Shown: piece by piece, positions 1-9,484 of the stretch
Position numbering within the stretch: position 1 is the first letter of the stretch
Layout: every line of letters begins with the position of its first letter
Program-made: the position numbers and the translations under genes
The notes under the pieces: generated by a model
Told to the model about the DNA's origin: nothing
The model's input: only the letters and a program-made list of their open reading frames with translations
Database searches by the model: none
Virus record (IMG/VR): IMGVR_UViG_3300037067_013660
Coordinates: 32,001-96,000 of that record
From: a virus
Lineage: Duplodnaviria > Caudoviricetes
Reading direction: 5' to 3' (one strand)
DNA length: 64,000 nt

Positions 1-87
1 GAAATCCCACGTAAGCGTCTGCTCCCCACCAAACTGTTGGATCCGCCCAGTACTGTTTTTGAACGTCGGGGCAAAACTGTCGGACAT
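1..87 (-). CDS. Partial CDS (5' end only), probable virion protein paralogous to the next gene
   Basis: ATG at 87 preceded by GGGAG RBS; reads MSDSFAPTFKNSTGRIQQF..., similar to MANFPPVFKNNIGRMERL of 116..1177; runs off the window edge. Confidence 0.6.
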   Translation of the reverse strand, partial: MSDSFAPTFKNSTGRIQQFGGEQTLTWDF

Positions 88-115
88 AGGAATAGCTCCC
101 TAGGGAGGGCTTATG

Positions 116-1177
116 CTAAATCGTGATGGGCCCGAACATCTGTACGATGATCTCAGCGACACCAGCACCACCAGACTTCGTCACGGTACCGATGATTTGG
201 CTCGTATGTCCAGATGTCGATGGAGGCGTAAGCGTTACGCCGCCTGTAGTCGTAAGGTACGCGGGTGCTCCCTCGGTCGTAGCACCAATGACGCTATTGA
301 CTACTACGTTTTGACCTTGCGTCGCGATGTAAATATCGGCACCGATGATGCCACCATTGATCGCAACACCAATGGGATTCTGTTTTCCTGGTGCTGTATT
401 ATCTGCAATGTACACGCCAACGCGAGCATTGCCTGCGTCCCAATCAACGTACAGAACTTGACCCGCCGTGATGATTTCACTGGCAGCAAACACCGGCGTA
501 GAGTTACCAGCGTTCGCGGTCTTGACCTCGTTGATGGCGCCGATCAAGCTGGTGGCCGTGAACAAAGCATCGAGCGTCGTGTTGGCCGCGTCGTTCAGCG
601 TAATGGTAGTGGCGCGAGCACCAAGCGTTAGGTCAGCAGCAGCACCCGAGACCGTAAAGTTACTGGCCGTCACGGCATCGATCGCCACGGCGCCCGTGGC
701 GTTTACGTCAATGGCCAAACCGTTGAGTTCAACTTCACTGGCGCCGTCGAGCTGAAGCTTTCCGACGGTCGTGACCTCAATCGTTAGGGTCTGGCTGTCG
801 AGCGTGATGTTGCGAGCACCTGAGTTCTCGAACACAATGTCGGTGTCTACGGAACCGACGATCGAAATGTCGTCACCCGCACCATCACCAAGGTCTACGT
901 CACCACGTAATATCGTGTTGGTCGTGACGGTTAAGTTAGTCGCGACCGTAACGCTACCACCAAACGCAAACGTAGATCCCGCGATCCCGACGGCTGCAGT
1001 ACCGTTCCACGCACCAAACAGTGATAGCGAACCAGTATTATCGACCGTCGAGAACAAACTGACGGCCGACGTGGCACCAGCACAATCGATGACGTCGATC
1101 TCTAGTCCACCGTCAGACGGAAGCAGACGCTCCATTCGACCGATGTTGTTCTTAAAAACTGGAGGAAAGTTTGCCAT
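116..1177 (-). CDS. Virion structural/fibre protein with C-terminal capsid-cement (DUF2190-like) beta domain
   Basis: 353 aa, Thr/Gly/Ala/Val-rich; C-terminal 'ASEIITAGQVLYV...PIGVA...G.P.YL...GG.T...P...Q.IG' pattern shared with 1193..2314. Confidence 0.55.
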   Translation of the reverse strand: MANFPPVFKNNIGRMERLLPSDGGLEIDVIDCAGATSAVSLFSTVDNTGSLSLFGAWNGTAAVGIAGSTFAFGGSVTVATNLTVTTNTILRGDVDLGDGAGDDISIVGSVDTDIVFENSGARNITLDSQTLTIEVTTVGKLQLDGASEVELNGLAIDVNATGAVAIDAVTASNFTVSGAAADLTLGARATTITLNDAANTTLDALFTATSLIGAINEVKTANAGNSTPVFAASEIITAGQVLYVDWDAGNARVGVYIADNTAPGKQNPIGVAINGGIIGADIYIATQGQNVVVNSVIGATTEGAPAYLTTTGGVTLTPPSTSGHTSQIIGTVTKSGGAGVAEIIVQMFGPITI

Positions 1178-1192
1178 GCTAAAACCTCGCGG

Positions 1193-2314
1193 TTAGACGC
1201 TGAAAGGTTCACCAATCCGAACCACCAACGTGGTGGTGTTTTTCGCTACCCCGACCGTAATCATGGTGTCGCCCGTAATGAACGCCGATACGTCGGTCGT
1301 GATGGCGCCAGTCGTACGGGACAAGAAATACAGAGCACCAGGATTCAGTCCAACGAACACCGAAGCCTCGCCCGCGTACTTCACGTTGGCGGTCGTGGCG
1401 GTCGGCTTCGACACCACAACGCCCGCAACCGTATTGCCCGCCAACGTCGATGCCGACGCCTGTACGACGTAGTCAACGCCGATGATGTAGACGACCTCCC
1501 CGACCACTACACCGGCAGGACAATCGAAAAGTCCGGTGGTATCGGACGTGGTGCCAGCGACTAAAGTGGTTTCGCTACTACCGTCCCAATACCGTAGACT
1601 CGCGTCCGTAGAGTTGACGTAGAGGTGTTGGTTCGTCGGCGTGGTGTCGGGATTAACTGCCTGGCCGGTGAAACGGTAGTGCGTCCCGACCACGTAGGTA
1701 CCGAACGTGCCGCTACCCGTTACCACGGCATTGCGCCCCGCCTGAACATCGCGACTAAGCCAAAGGTCCCGAGGTCGCCGTAGCGTTACGCCCTCGTCGG
1801 GTGTACCGATGTCGTACGTAGCGTCCAAATAATATTCGTGGTGACCTCCCCACCTAACGACGCTACCTTGCTGAATGTAGAAAATGTCCCGCGCCGTTGT
1901 ACCCAGATCAGTGCGGACCCGCAGGTAATCGACGGTTGTGTCGTCCGCCGCCGTAATGGCGACGGGACCGAGCGTCGCGTCCAGATCAATGGTGGTGCCG
2001 TCGCGGTAAGACTCGCGCAGCGGGAACGTCAGGGTCGTGTAGTCGTGCGTATGGGTCGTGGTGTTGGTCGGGGTATCGCCGTAAACCACCAGCAGGTTGT
2101 AGTAATAGGTGGTGCCGATCGTCGTGGTGGATTGAATCGTGGCACTGACGAACGTCAGGTCCGCAGACAAACCAGCGCGTGCTAGAATTTCGGCCGCTAC
2201 CAAAGACGTCTGTACATAAGCGACGGGATCAGAAATCACAGCCGTCGACGTAATCGTCACATCGACTTGTGTGGTTTCGGAACTAGCGTGAACGACGGCG
2301 GTAATGGTGGCCAT
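1193..2314 (-). CDS. Virion structural/fibre protein with C-terminal cement-like domain
   Basis: 373 aa; C-terminal 'GVVVGEVVYI...VAGVV...GLNPGALYFLS.TTG.IT...VGVAKNTTTL' module; N-terminal domain resembles 2318..2593. Confidence 0.55.
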   Translation of the reverse strand: MATITAVVHASSETTQVDVTITSTAVISDPVAYVQTSLVAAEILARAGLSADLTFVSATIQSTTTIGTTYYYNLLVVYGDTPTNTTTHTHDYTTLTFPLRESYRDGTTIDLDATLGPVAITAADDTTVDYLRVRTDLGTTARDIFYIQQGSVVRWGGHHEYYLDATYDIGTPDEGVTLRRPRDLWLSRDVQAGRNAVVTGSGTFGTYVVGTHYRFTGQAVNPDTTPTNQHLYVNSTDASLRYWDGSSETTLVAGTTSDTTGLFDCPAGVVVGEVVYIIGVDYVVQASASTLAGNTVAGVVVSKPTATTANVKYAGEASVFVGLNPGALYFLSRTTGAITTDVSAFITGDTMITVGVAKNTTTLVVRIGEPFSV

Positions 2315-2317
2315 GCG

Positions 2318-2593
2318 CTAACTCACGGTCGCGTCAACGACGTACACAAATGAATCGTCGTACGTATCGGTACGGATCAACGTGTAGGTCGAAAACTCAG
2401 TATCCTCGGACAAGCCAGCGTGACTCACGACCTCATGCTCCAGCGCGTAGGTCGTGATGAATGTGGTGGGCGACACAACCGCCGTCTTGGACCTGATGTA
2501 TATCCTGACGGTCGTGACGGTACCGGAAGTCGTGGCGGTCGCGACCGCAACCTCGACGGCTAAATTACCGACGGGACGATATTGCTGCGTCAT
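2318..2593 (-). CDS. Small virion protein (stand-alone copy of the N-terminal domain of 1193..2314)
   Basis: 91 aa, tightly packed in the operon; shares 'E(I/V)..(R/H)AGLS.D..F' with 1193..2314. Confidence 0.6.
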   Translation of the reverse strand: MTQQYRPVGNLAVEVAVATATTSGTVTTVRIYIRSKTAVVSPTTFITTYALEHEVVSHAGLSEDTEFSTYTLIRTDTYDDSFVYVVDATVS

Positions 2594-2594
2594 G

Positions 2595-4136
2595 CTATGC
2601 CTGTTTCCCGTGTACCAAGAGTTTGTCCACCACCCAATCGGTCTTGATGAACTTCCTAGTGTCGAGCGTAACGGCCAAACGAAACTGAACCCTGCTGGTC
2701 GCGGGCAACACAGTGTTGGATGCCATGCGCCTGAACTGTTCCGTCACGGCAAACCGGTACCACACCGACACCATGTCGAGTGGAATGTTGCCCGTGATGG
2801 ACCAACCATCGAAAACAACCGGCACGGAAAACGTCTGCTCCGCAAAATTGACGAAGTTGTCTTCCGTGTAAGCGTCGAGGTTGAAGCGGTGGATCCGTTT
2901 GTTCGCAGGGTCCGTCACGATCAGCACGTTGGTCGCCTGGTCATCAATCGTCACGGTATCGACCACAATGCCGTAGGGCTGACCGACGGCACCGTAGACG
3001 TCGGATGACAATCGAGTATAGCCTACGGGTGTCGCGTCCTCAGACGATCTAATTCCGTAGGTCGCGAGATGTTGGTACGTCGTGGCATCGAATTCTTCGA
3101 TGGTACCGGTATCGCCATTCGCGATGTACAGGTGTTCAAAATCACCAACGACGGAACGGAAGTAAATCTGCTGCGGTCCGCGAAGCGTGTAGTCAGCACC
3201 AGCCGATTCAATGAAGCGCGTACAGATGGGCGCGGCGCCCGACACGTCGAATGCCCCGACCGTATCGTTCCCGTTGTTGGAAATCCACAGAAGTGTTCCG
3301 TCGTAAACCAAATCGACGGGCGTGTAGACCTGTGCGTCCAGCAAGGAGCCGGTGCCCGCGTAGAAAAACGGAATTGAATCAAATACCGGTACCGCGATGG
3401 TGCTGAGGTCGTAGACGGCGACGAAACCGTTCGATGCCGTGGCACCGGCGGGCTGTCCCGTCGGGCACGAAACGTACAATACCTCGTTGACGGTATCGAC
3501 GGCCAAGCCGTTGGGAGCCGTCAGCAGGTCGGCATCGGCTCCGGGCGTATCGACGGTCCCGATGGTCGCGACGAGCGTGTAGGGCGCGGCGTAAAGATAA
3601 ATGTGGACGACGTGGTGCGTCGCGTCCGCCACCGCCACGTACTCGATGGTCGAGATCGTAAACGTGATGGCGCAAGCAGGATCCTCATAATCGCCAGCCG
3701 CCGTGTTGGGGCCGTAGTGTGGTAGGCGCCGAATTACGTCCAGCTTGTTGTTCAGCAGAAATACGCCCGAGCCCGTAGCCCCGATGCCGCCGTCGGACAA
3801 CAAATAATAGATGCCGTCCGTCACGGTAGCGCGTCGAAACAGTCGGCGCGGCTCCGACGTGAGTCCCTCACGATAAGCCGACAACGTCGTCTGAAAACCC
3901 TTGGGCTTGAACGCAATGGTACGGTTGGCGCTGTCCTGTAGCAGTAGTCCGAGGCCACTCTCGAAATCCGCGTACGTCTGTGCGACCGCAATGTCGGGCG
4001 TCAGTGCCTCGACCCTCGCCAACAAATTCTGCACGTAGGTAGCGTCCTGTAGGATCGTGTTCTTTCGCACGAAGTCCACGTCCTGCAACGCGGTCGCGAG
4101 AAAGTCCTTGAACTGATCAAACTGAGATATACTCAT
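2595..4136 (-). CDS. NHL-repeat beta-propeller protein, probably virion-associated
   Basis: 513 aa; repeated NHL-like units (LTAPNGLAVD...LYVS; YTPVDLVYD..LWISNNGND; QPYGIVVD...VTDPANKRIHRF). Confidence 0.7.
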   Translation of the reverse strand: MSISQFDQFKDFLATALQDVDFVRKNTILQDATYVQNLLARVEALTPDIAVAQTYADFESGLGLLLQDSANRTIAFKPKGFQTTLSAYREGLTSEPRRLFRRATVTDGIYYLLSDGGIGATGSGVFLLNNKLDVIRRLPHYGPNTAAGDYEDPACAITFTISTIEYVAVADATHHVVHIYLYAAPYTLVATIGTVDTPGADADLLTAPNGLAVDTVNEVLYVSCPTGQPAGATASNGFVAVYDLSTIAVPVFDSIPFFYAGTGSLLDAQVYTPVDLVYDGTLLWISNNGNDTVGAFDVSGAAPICTRFIESAGADYTLRGPQQIYFRSVVGDFEHLYIANGDTGTIEEFDATTYQHLATYGIRSSEDATPVGYTRLSSDVYGAVGQPYGIVVDTVTIDDQATNVLIVTDPANKRIHRFNLDAYTEDNFVNFAEQTFSVPVVFDGWSITGNIPLDMVSVWYRFAVTEQFRRMASNTVLPATSRVQFRLAVTLDTRKFIKTDWVVDKLLVHGKQA

Positions 4137-4297
4137 GGCGTAAACCTATGGCGTGGGTACGTTACGACGCCAGGATCGTCGGCCTTTTGGTCCGTTGATG
4201 CCAAGACGTGGCAAAACAGAGGTCCTACTAGAAAATAACGTCTTTTCGCGCGATACTGGATTCAAAATTTTGTGGCGAGACAGTGACGTAAAATGTA

Positions 4298-4326
4298 TTG
4301 ACAAACAAAACCACGTGTAGTACGCT
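4298..4326 (+). promoter_or_regulatory. Sigma70-type promoter for the plus-strand lipoprotein gene
   Basis: TTGACA (4298-4303), 17-nt spacer, TACGCT (4321-4326); about 60 nt upstream of GGAGGAG RBS and ATG 4389. Confidence 0.6.
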
Positions 4327-4388
4327 GTGGGCATGGTGGCGAATTTCAAATGTACGAAAACAACCGGTACGACCGGGAAGGAGGAGTC

Positions 4389-6350
4389 ATGCGACATTTT
4401 GTGATGTTGGCGTCATTGCTTTGTGCGTGCGGCACGACGGGCGTCGGGCTGCACAACGACAACCAAGATAGTGGTACCGAGGACGCGTCGGTGTTGCCCG
4501 ATAGCGTTGTGCCAGATGATTCGGCGCCCGACAGCGTCGTGCCGCCTACCTGCGGCAACGGTTCCATTGACACAGGCGAACAGTGCGACGGGCAGAACCT
4601 GGGGATCGCGACGTGCGAGATCGTCGGCAACTACGTGGGCGGTGTGCTCGGCTGCACCGACGCCTGTACGTTCGACACGACGGCGTGTGAGCCCCCGGCG
4701 AACTGCGGCAACGGGTCCATCGACTCAGGTGAACAGTGCGACGGGCTAAACCTGGACCAGCAGGACTGCACGACCGTCGGCAACTACGTGGGCGGTGTGC
4801 TGACGTGTGCGGGCGACTGTACGTTCAACCTCAGCGCCTGCACGACCTCGACGGCGGTGTGTGGCAACAGCGTGGTGGAGCCGGGGGAGGACTGCGACCG
4901 CGCCCAGCTCGCGGGTGCTACGTGCGAGACCGCTGGTAATTTCGTCGGCGGGGTGTTGACGTGTGCGGGCGACTGTACGTTCGATACTTCGGCCTGTACG
5001 CCGCCGCCCGACTGCGGTAACTACGTGATCGATCCCGGTGAGCAGTGCGACGACTTCAACCTGAACCTAGCGAACTGCACGTCCCTCGGCTACTACGGCG
5101 GCGTGCTGGCGTGTCGTCCTGACTGTACGTACGATGAGAGCGGCTGCACGATGTGCGGCAACGGCGTCATCAACGTCGGGGAGCAGTGCGATGGCGCGGC
5201 ACTGAATCAACAAGACTGTCAGAGCCGAGGATATACCAGTGGTACGCTCACGTGTGCGACCGACTGCACGTTCGACGAATCCCAGTGCGACATGGACGGC
5301 TTCACCATGATCTCAGCAGGCTTTGGTAACTCCTGCGCCGTGAAGCCCGATGGCACGGCCTACTGTTGGGGACGGTTGAACGGCGCGGACTACGCTACGC
5401 CTGTGCTCGTTCAGGGCGTCGCGGGCGTCGCGACCATCAGTACTGGTCGTTTTTCATTTGTCTGTGTCGGCAAGACCGATGGAACAGTGTGGTGCTGGGG
5501 AAATAACGAAGCAGGACAATTGGGTGACGGTACCTTCGTAGACAGCATGACTCCTGTACAGGTACTGAACCTGACGAACGTCGTCAAAGTATCGGCAGGC
5601 AGCACACATGCCTGCGCCGTCAAAGCCAACGGTACGGCATGGTGCTGGGGAGAAGGAACCAGCGGACAGTTGGGCAATGGTGCGATCGTCAACAGCAACG
5701 TACCAGTCCAAGTCACTGGCTTGACCGACGTCAACGACATCGTCGCTGGGAATAATCACTCCTGTGCCGTCAAAACCGATGGAACGGTGTGGTGCTGGGG
5801 ACATAATAATAACGGACGCCTTGGTGACGGCACGACAGTGCTGCGATCCTTAGTGCCCGTACAGGCCAACATCTTGGGTGTCGTGGCAGTGTCGGCAAGT
5901 TCGAGCCACGTCTGTGCCGTCAAGACCGATGGAACGGTGTGGTGCTGGGGAAATAATCTCTACGGCGCCATCGGTGACGGTACCGTGGTGGACCGCCCCC
6001 TCCCGACCCAAGTGCTGAACCTGACGAGCGTCGTGAGCGTGACGGCCGGGACGTCGTTCTCGTGCGCCCGTCAGAGCAACGGTACGGCGTGGTGCTGGGG
6101 CATCAATAACCTCAGACAATTGGGTGACGGCGTCGCAAATCACCAGATGTGCGGTAGCGGCGACTGTTCCCCCGTGCCCGTCACGGTCTCGAACATCGCG
6201 AACGTTATGGTGATTGACGCGGGCTACCAGCACGCGTGCGCCGTGTTGGCGAACCGCACGGCGTGGTGCTGGGGCGCCAATTTCAACGGACAACTCGGCG
6301 ACGGCAGCGAGCTGAACAGCATCGTGCCGGTCGCGGTACAGATGCCGTAG
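4389..6350 (+). CDS. Lipoprotein with five myxobacterial-type Cys-rich repeats and an RCC1/BLIP-II beta-propeller (accessory 'moron' gene)
   Basis: RBS GGAGGAG before ATG 4389; signal peptide and lipobox MRHFVMLASLLCA-C; five CGNG..D.GEQCDG repeats; seven '(C)AVK.DGT.WCWG.N..GQLG.G' RCC1 repeats; opposite strand to neighbours. Confidence 0.85.
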   Translation: MRHFVMLASLLCACGTTGVGLHNDNQDSGTEDASVLPDSVVPDDSAPDSVVPPTCGNGSIDTGEQCDGQNLGIATCEIVGNYVGGVLGCTDACTFDTTACEPPANCGNGSIDSGEQCDGLNLDQQDCTTVGNYVGGVLTCAGDCTFNLSACTTSTAVCGNSVVEPGEDCDRAQLAGATCETAGNFVGGVLTCAGDCTFDTSACTPPPDCGNYVIDPGEQCDDFNLNLANCTSLGYYGGVLACRPDCTYDESGCTMCGNGVINVGEQCDGAALNQQDCQSRGYTSGTLTCATDCTFDESQCDMDGFTMISAGFGNSCAVKPDGTAYCWGRLNGADYATPVLVQGVAGVATISTGRFSFVCVGKTDGTVWCWGNNEAGQLGDGTFVDSMTPVQVLNLTNVVKVSAGSTHACAVKANGTAWCWGEGTSGQLGNGAIVNSNVPVQVTGLTDVNDIVAGNNHSCAVKTDGTVWCWGHNNNGRLGDGTTVLRSLVPVQANILGVVAVSASSSHVCAVKTDGTVWCWGNNLYGAIGDGTVVDRPLPTQVLNLTSVVSVTAGTSFSCARQSNGTAWCWGINNLRQLGDGVANHQMCGSGDCSPVPVTVSNIANVMVIDAGYQHACAVLANRTAWCWGANFNGQLGDGSELNSIVPVAVQMP

Positions 6351-6361
6351 CGAGGTATCCC

Positions 6362-6625
6362 ATGCTGTACCAAGACCTCAAGTTCATTCCCGTGCCTGCA
6401 CTCGACCTCGAAGAAGCCGCCGTCATGTTCCCCAACGGCTGGGGCTGTTCGGTGCACCGGAGGGATCAACATCTCCACGTCGTTATTGTAATGTGTTGTC
6501 AAACGCCACACTACCATAACCCCGTAGCCCAAGGAGAGGTTCTACGTTGTTGGTCGGTTCAGGAAGTCCAGGACGCCATGGATCAGATCGAAGCCTTCGA
6601 CCTGTCGCCGATGTTGGCTCAGTAG
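6362..6625 (+). CDS. Small phage protein of unknown function
   Basis: GAGG RBS, ATG 6362, 87 aa; 'FPNGWGCSV...EVQDAMDQIE' resembles a common small phage protein pattern (recalled, not searched). Confidence 0.55.
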   Translation: MLYQDLKFIPVPALDLEEAAVMFPNGWGCSVHRRDQHLHVVIVMCCQTPHYHNPVAQGEVLRCWSVQEVQDAMDQIEAFDLSPMLAQ

Positions 6626-6647
6626 CCCCAGCCTAATTTTCTACGTC

Positions 6648-8597
6648 TTAGTATTCGATGCGGATCAGGTAGAACGACGCGGTGTTGTCGTGGCGGGTCT
6701 GACAGGGGTGGTGGACCAACGCGTAGAGGAAGTAGGTACCGATCTCCGCTGGAATGGGCGACCACAGGATCTCGGCCCACAGACCCATTTCCCCGATGCC
6801 GCCCTTCGCAACCTCGCGGGGCACGCGGCACCAATAATCCACGGTCCAGGGGGTCGAGAGTCCGTCGTACTCCAGCCACGAGATGTTGGCACGGTAGATC
6901 TCGGCTGCCAACGTGGTGTCGGCCGTCGCGACCGCTGAAATGAGGTACGGAGCCGTGGGGTCGTAGCCATCGGTCCCGACGGAGAATTGCGTCACGGCAA
7001 ATATGGTGCCGTCCACGAGGAATCTGGGCAGGTACGTGACGGTCGCGGCGTCGGTCAACTGGATGTCGGTGGCGGCCGGGGTACCACGATAGTCGTAGAT
7101 GGTCTGGATCTGCACCCGCTGGCGACTCAGCAGCACCGCCCCTTCCAACGCGACGAACCCCCACTCCGCTGCCTTGACGTCCGCCTCGTCAACCCACGGG
7201 TCGCCAGTATCGGGGTTCCGGTGGAAGTCCCACCGGACATCAAACCACAGGCCCCCAGTGCCCTCGATCTTCTGGGGGCGACCCACGTATGTCTCGCCCG
7301 ATATCCGCACGACAGGGGCCACCAGGGCCTCGCTGTGGGGCAGGTTTGCCAAGCGTATGCGGTACCGAGCCTCCACGTTGTGGACCCGCTCCCCCACCGC
7401 TATGGCGCCGCCCGCGACCGTGAAGGACGCGAACGCCGATGTGCCGGTTGCGTCAGCATCGAGCGTCACGTAGCTGGCGATGTCGTCGGGTGGATCCTCG
7501 TTGACGGCCGCCCAGGCGTTTGGTCCCGGCACCACGGCGCTCCAGTCCTGATGGAACCCATCGACCGTCGGAAAGCAATCGATGGTGTCGGCGGGCGTAG
7601 GCGTGAGCCACACCTCAGTACTGATGCTCGTGCAACGGAAATCCCCGCCGCCCGAATTCTCGACGCCCACCTGAATGGCGTTGACCTCCAGGTCGGTCCA
7701 GGCGGTCGCGGCAGCTAAACCGGAAGGCCACCCGACGTTTGGATCGTTTAGGTAGTCATCGCGGATCAGATGCCACTCATCATCCGGTGGAATCAAGATG
7801 CCGAGGGTTTCGGAACCACCACGATAGTTCGTCGCGTTGGACCGCAGCATCGTGGCGGCGTAGTCTGCGACGGTACCGCGATTTTTGACCAACGCCTTGA
7901 TGGCGACGCGATCGATGTTGGGCGGCGTCAACATCGCGGCCAACGATGGGTTGGTGAAGAGCGAGACATGGTTGACGGTAGTGTCGTGCACGTAACTGAG
8001 GTCGCCATCGAACGCACCCGATACCGTCATGTAGGCGGGAGACGTCGAAGGTTGTGCCGCCCAATTCTGTGTCGCGCCGTTGCCGTCCGGCACCATCACG
8101 ATGGTGGGGACGGGCTCCTCGTGAATAAAGACCTCCAGCTTGGTGCAGCGAAATTCCCCGTCCGTCGAAATCAAATCCAGCCCGACTTCCATCCGATTGA
8201 TGGTCGCGAGATCCCAGTCCCACGCCGTGGGGCACTGGTCGTACGTCAGCCCTATTTCTGTGTAGACGGCGGACGTGGTGGTCAGGACATCGGAATCGTA
8301 GTCGGTGCCTAAGCTTCTTATGCGAAAACGAAACGAAGCAGTCGTGCCAGTCGTCCTAACAGTAGCAACGACACGGATACTGGAAGTTCGGAAAGCAACG
8401 GGCCAATTTCCTCCCGCAGCGCTACCGAGCCCAACCGTAAAGCTTGCTGGATCAGAAGTCCAAACGTACTGATCATCCCCATTGGCATCAGCCTCGTCAA
8501 TTAGGTCGAAGGCGGTGACGTGCACGACACCAAACGAAATACCCTGCCATCCGTGGTACTGGCCGTCGGCGGAAGGTCGTAGGATTAGGTTCGCCAT
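6648..8597 (-). CDS. Tail-associated protein: three internal repeats plus a C-terminal DUF3751-like (tail collar/fibre) domain
   Basis: 649 aa; repeated 'L.P..DG....W...A...V.E...D.D..YV' units; C-terminus 'VTQFSVGTDG...GGIGEMGLWA...LYALVHHP'. Confidence 0.55.
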   Translation of the reverse strand: MANLILRPSADGQYHGWQGISFGVVHVTAFDLIDEADANGDDQYVWTSDPASFTVGLGSAAGGNWPVAFRTSSIRVVATVRTTGTTASFRFRIRSLGTDYDSDVLTTTSAVYTEIGLTYDQCPTAWDWDLATINRMEVGLDLISTDGEFRCTKLEVFIHEEPVPTIVMVPDGNGATQNWAAQPSTSPAYMTVSGAFDGDLSYVHDTTVNHVSLFTNPSLAAMLTPPNIDRVAIKALVKNRGTVADYAATMLRSNATNYRGGSETLGILIPPDDEWHLIRDDYLNDPNVGWPSGLAAATAWTDLEVNAIQVGVENSGGGDFRCTSISTEVWLTPTPADTIDCFPTVDGFHQDWSAVVPGPNAWAAVNEDPPDDIASYVTLDADATGTSAFASFTVAGGAIAVGERVHNVEARYRIRLANLPHSEALVAPVVRISGETYVGRPQKIEGTGGLWFDVRWDFHRNPDTGDPWVDEADVKAAEWGFVALEGAVLLSRQRVQIQTIYDYRGTPAATDIQLTDAATVTYLPRFLVDGTIFAVTQFSVGTDGYDPTAPYLISAVATADTTLAAEIYRANISWLEYDGLSTPWTVDYWCRVPREVAKGGIGEMGLWAEILWSPIPAEIGTYFLYALVHHPCQTRHDNTASFYLIRIEY

Positions 8598-8600
8598 GAT

Positions 8601-9092
8601 CTACGCCTGTACCGTCACGCGCAACACGTACTGCATGCTGGAGTTCTTCGCGATCAACGGAAAATGTCCAATCGCCATCAACACGACCGATGCGTCCGCT
8701 GGGTCACCTGGTGAATTCATCACGACGGCCCGGATGCCTATTTCCCCAAGCGTCGCGTTGGCCTCGGCAGCTTCTAGCAAACAGTAGAACGCGACGGCCT
8801 CGTCGTTGGGCCACTCGACGTGGTCTATGTCGGACGAAAACGTCTCTTCCGTGAGGGCGTAGACGTCAGGATTTACTGGAATGGCGGCCAGGTAATTGTA
8901 GGGGTCAAAGCCACCGCGTCCAACAGCAAACTCAGTAGCGCGGAGGCTCGTGCCATCGGTATGACCTCGTGCGATCAAACGCCTCGCCTCCATCGTCAGG
9001 ATGGCGCGTACGTCTAGGTACGTGGTGGTGACGCGTCCACGCGGATCGGGAGCCAGCGGAAACGCGTACCACGCTGGGATGAAGGGAGGCAT
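8601..9092 (-). CDS. DUF3751-like tail-collar/fibre attachment protein
   Basis: 163 aa; 'AILT.EARRLIA...ATEFAVGRGG...TLGEIGI...LMAIGHFP.IAK' pattern. Confidence 0.6.
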   Translation of the reverse strand: MPPFIPAWYAFPLAPDPRGRVTTTYLDVRAILTMEARRLIARGHTDGTSLRATEFAVGRGGFDPYNYLAAIPVNPDVYALTEETFSSDIDHVEWPNDEAVAFYCLLEAAEANATLGEIGIRAVVMNSPGDPADASVVLMAIGHFPLIAKNSSMQYVLRVTVQA

Positions 9093-9095
9093 TGA

Positions 9096-9416
9096 TTACT
9101 TCTTGGGCGGGGCGATCACGCCGGTCGCGATATCGACTTGCCAGCCTTCCGGCACCGCGTAGTCTACGCGGATCTTCTCCATCAGGTGCTTCAGCTTGGT
9201 CTGCTTTTCCTCCGCTTCCTTCTCGACCTCAACCTTTTGGTTTTGCGTCAACTGCGCCTCGGCCATCATCTGCTTGACGCGACTGTCTAGCGCGACGACC
9301 GCGTTCTTGGCTGCGGCGGCGTCGAGGTAGGCGACGTGTGCGTTCAAGCGGTCCATCTCGTCGAGCTTTGTCTTGGGCTCCGTGGCTTTCTCGGGTGCGG
9401 TGTTTTCGTTTTCCAT
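9096..9416 (-). CDS. Small coiled-coil protein, putative fibre assembly chaperone
   Basis: AAGGAG RBS before ATG 9416; 106 aa; paralog of 31101..31421. Confidence 0.6.
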   Translation of the reverse strand: MENENTAPEKATEPKTKLDEMDRLNAHVAYLDAAAAKNAVVALDSRVKQMMAEAQLTQNQKVEVEKEAEEKQTKLKHLMEKIRVDYAVPEGWQVDIATGVIAPPKK

Positions 9417-9484
9417 AGTTTTCTCCTTTTGGGGTGTAGCGTAAACCAAATCGTCAAAGTGGAACGCGCCTAAGAGGCCCATCG

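Noticed and set aside
4389-6350. Diversity-generating retroelement (repeated segments in the RCC1 and LRR genes)
   Set aside because: The repeats are in-frame protein repeats; no adenine-specific template/variable pair and no reverse transcriptase in the window.
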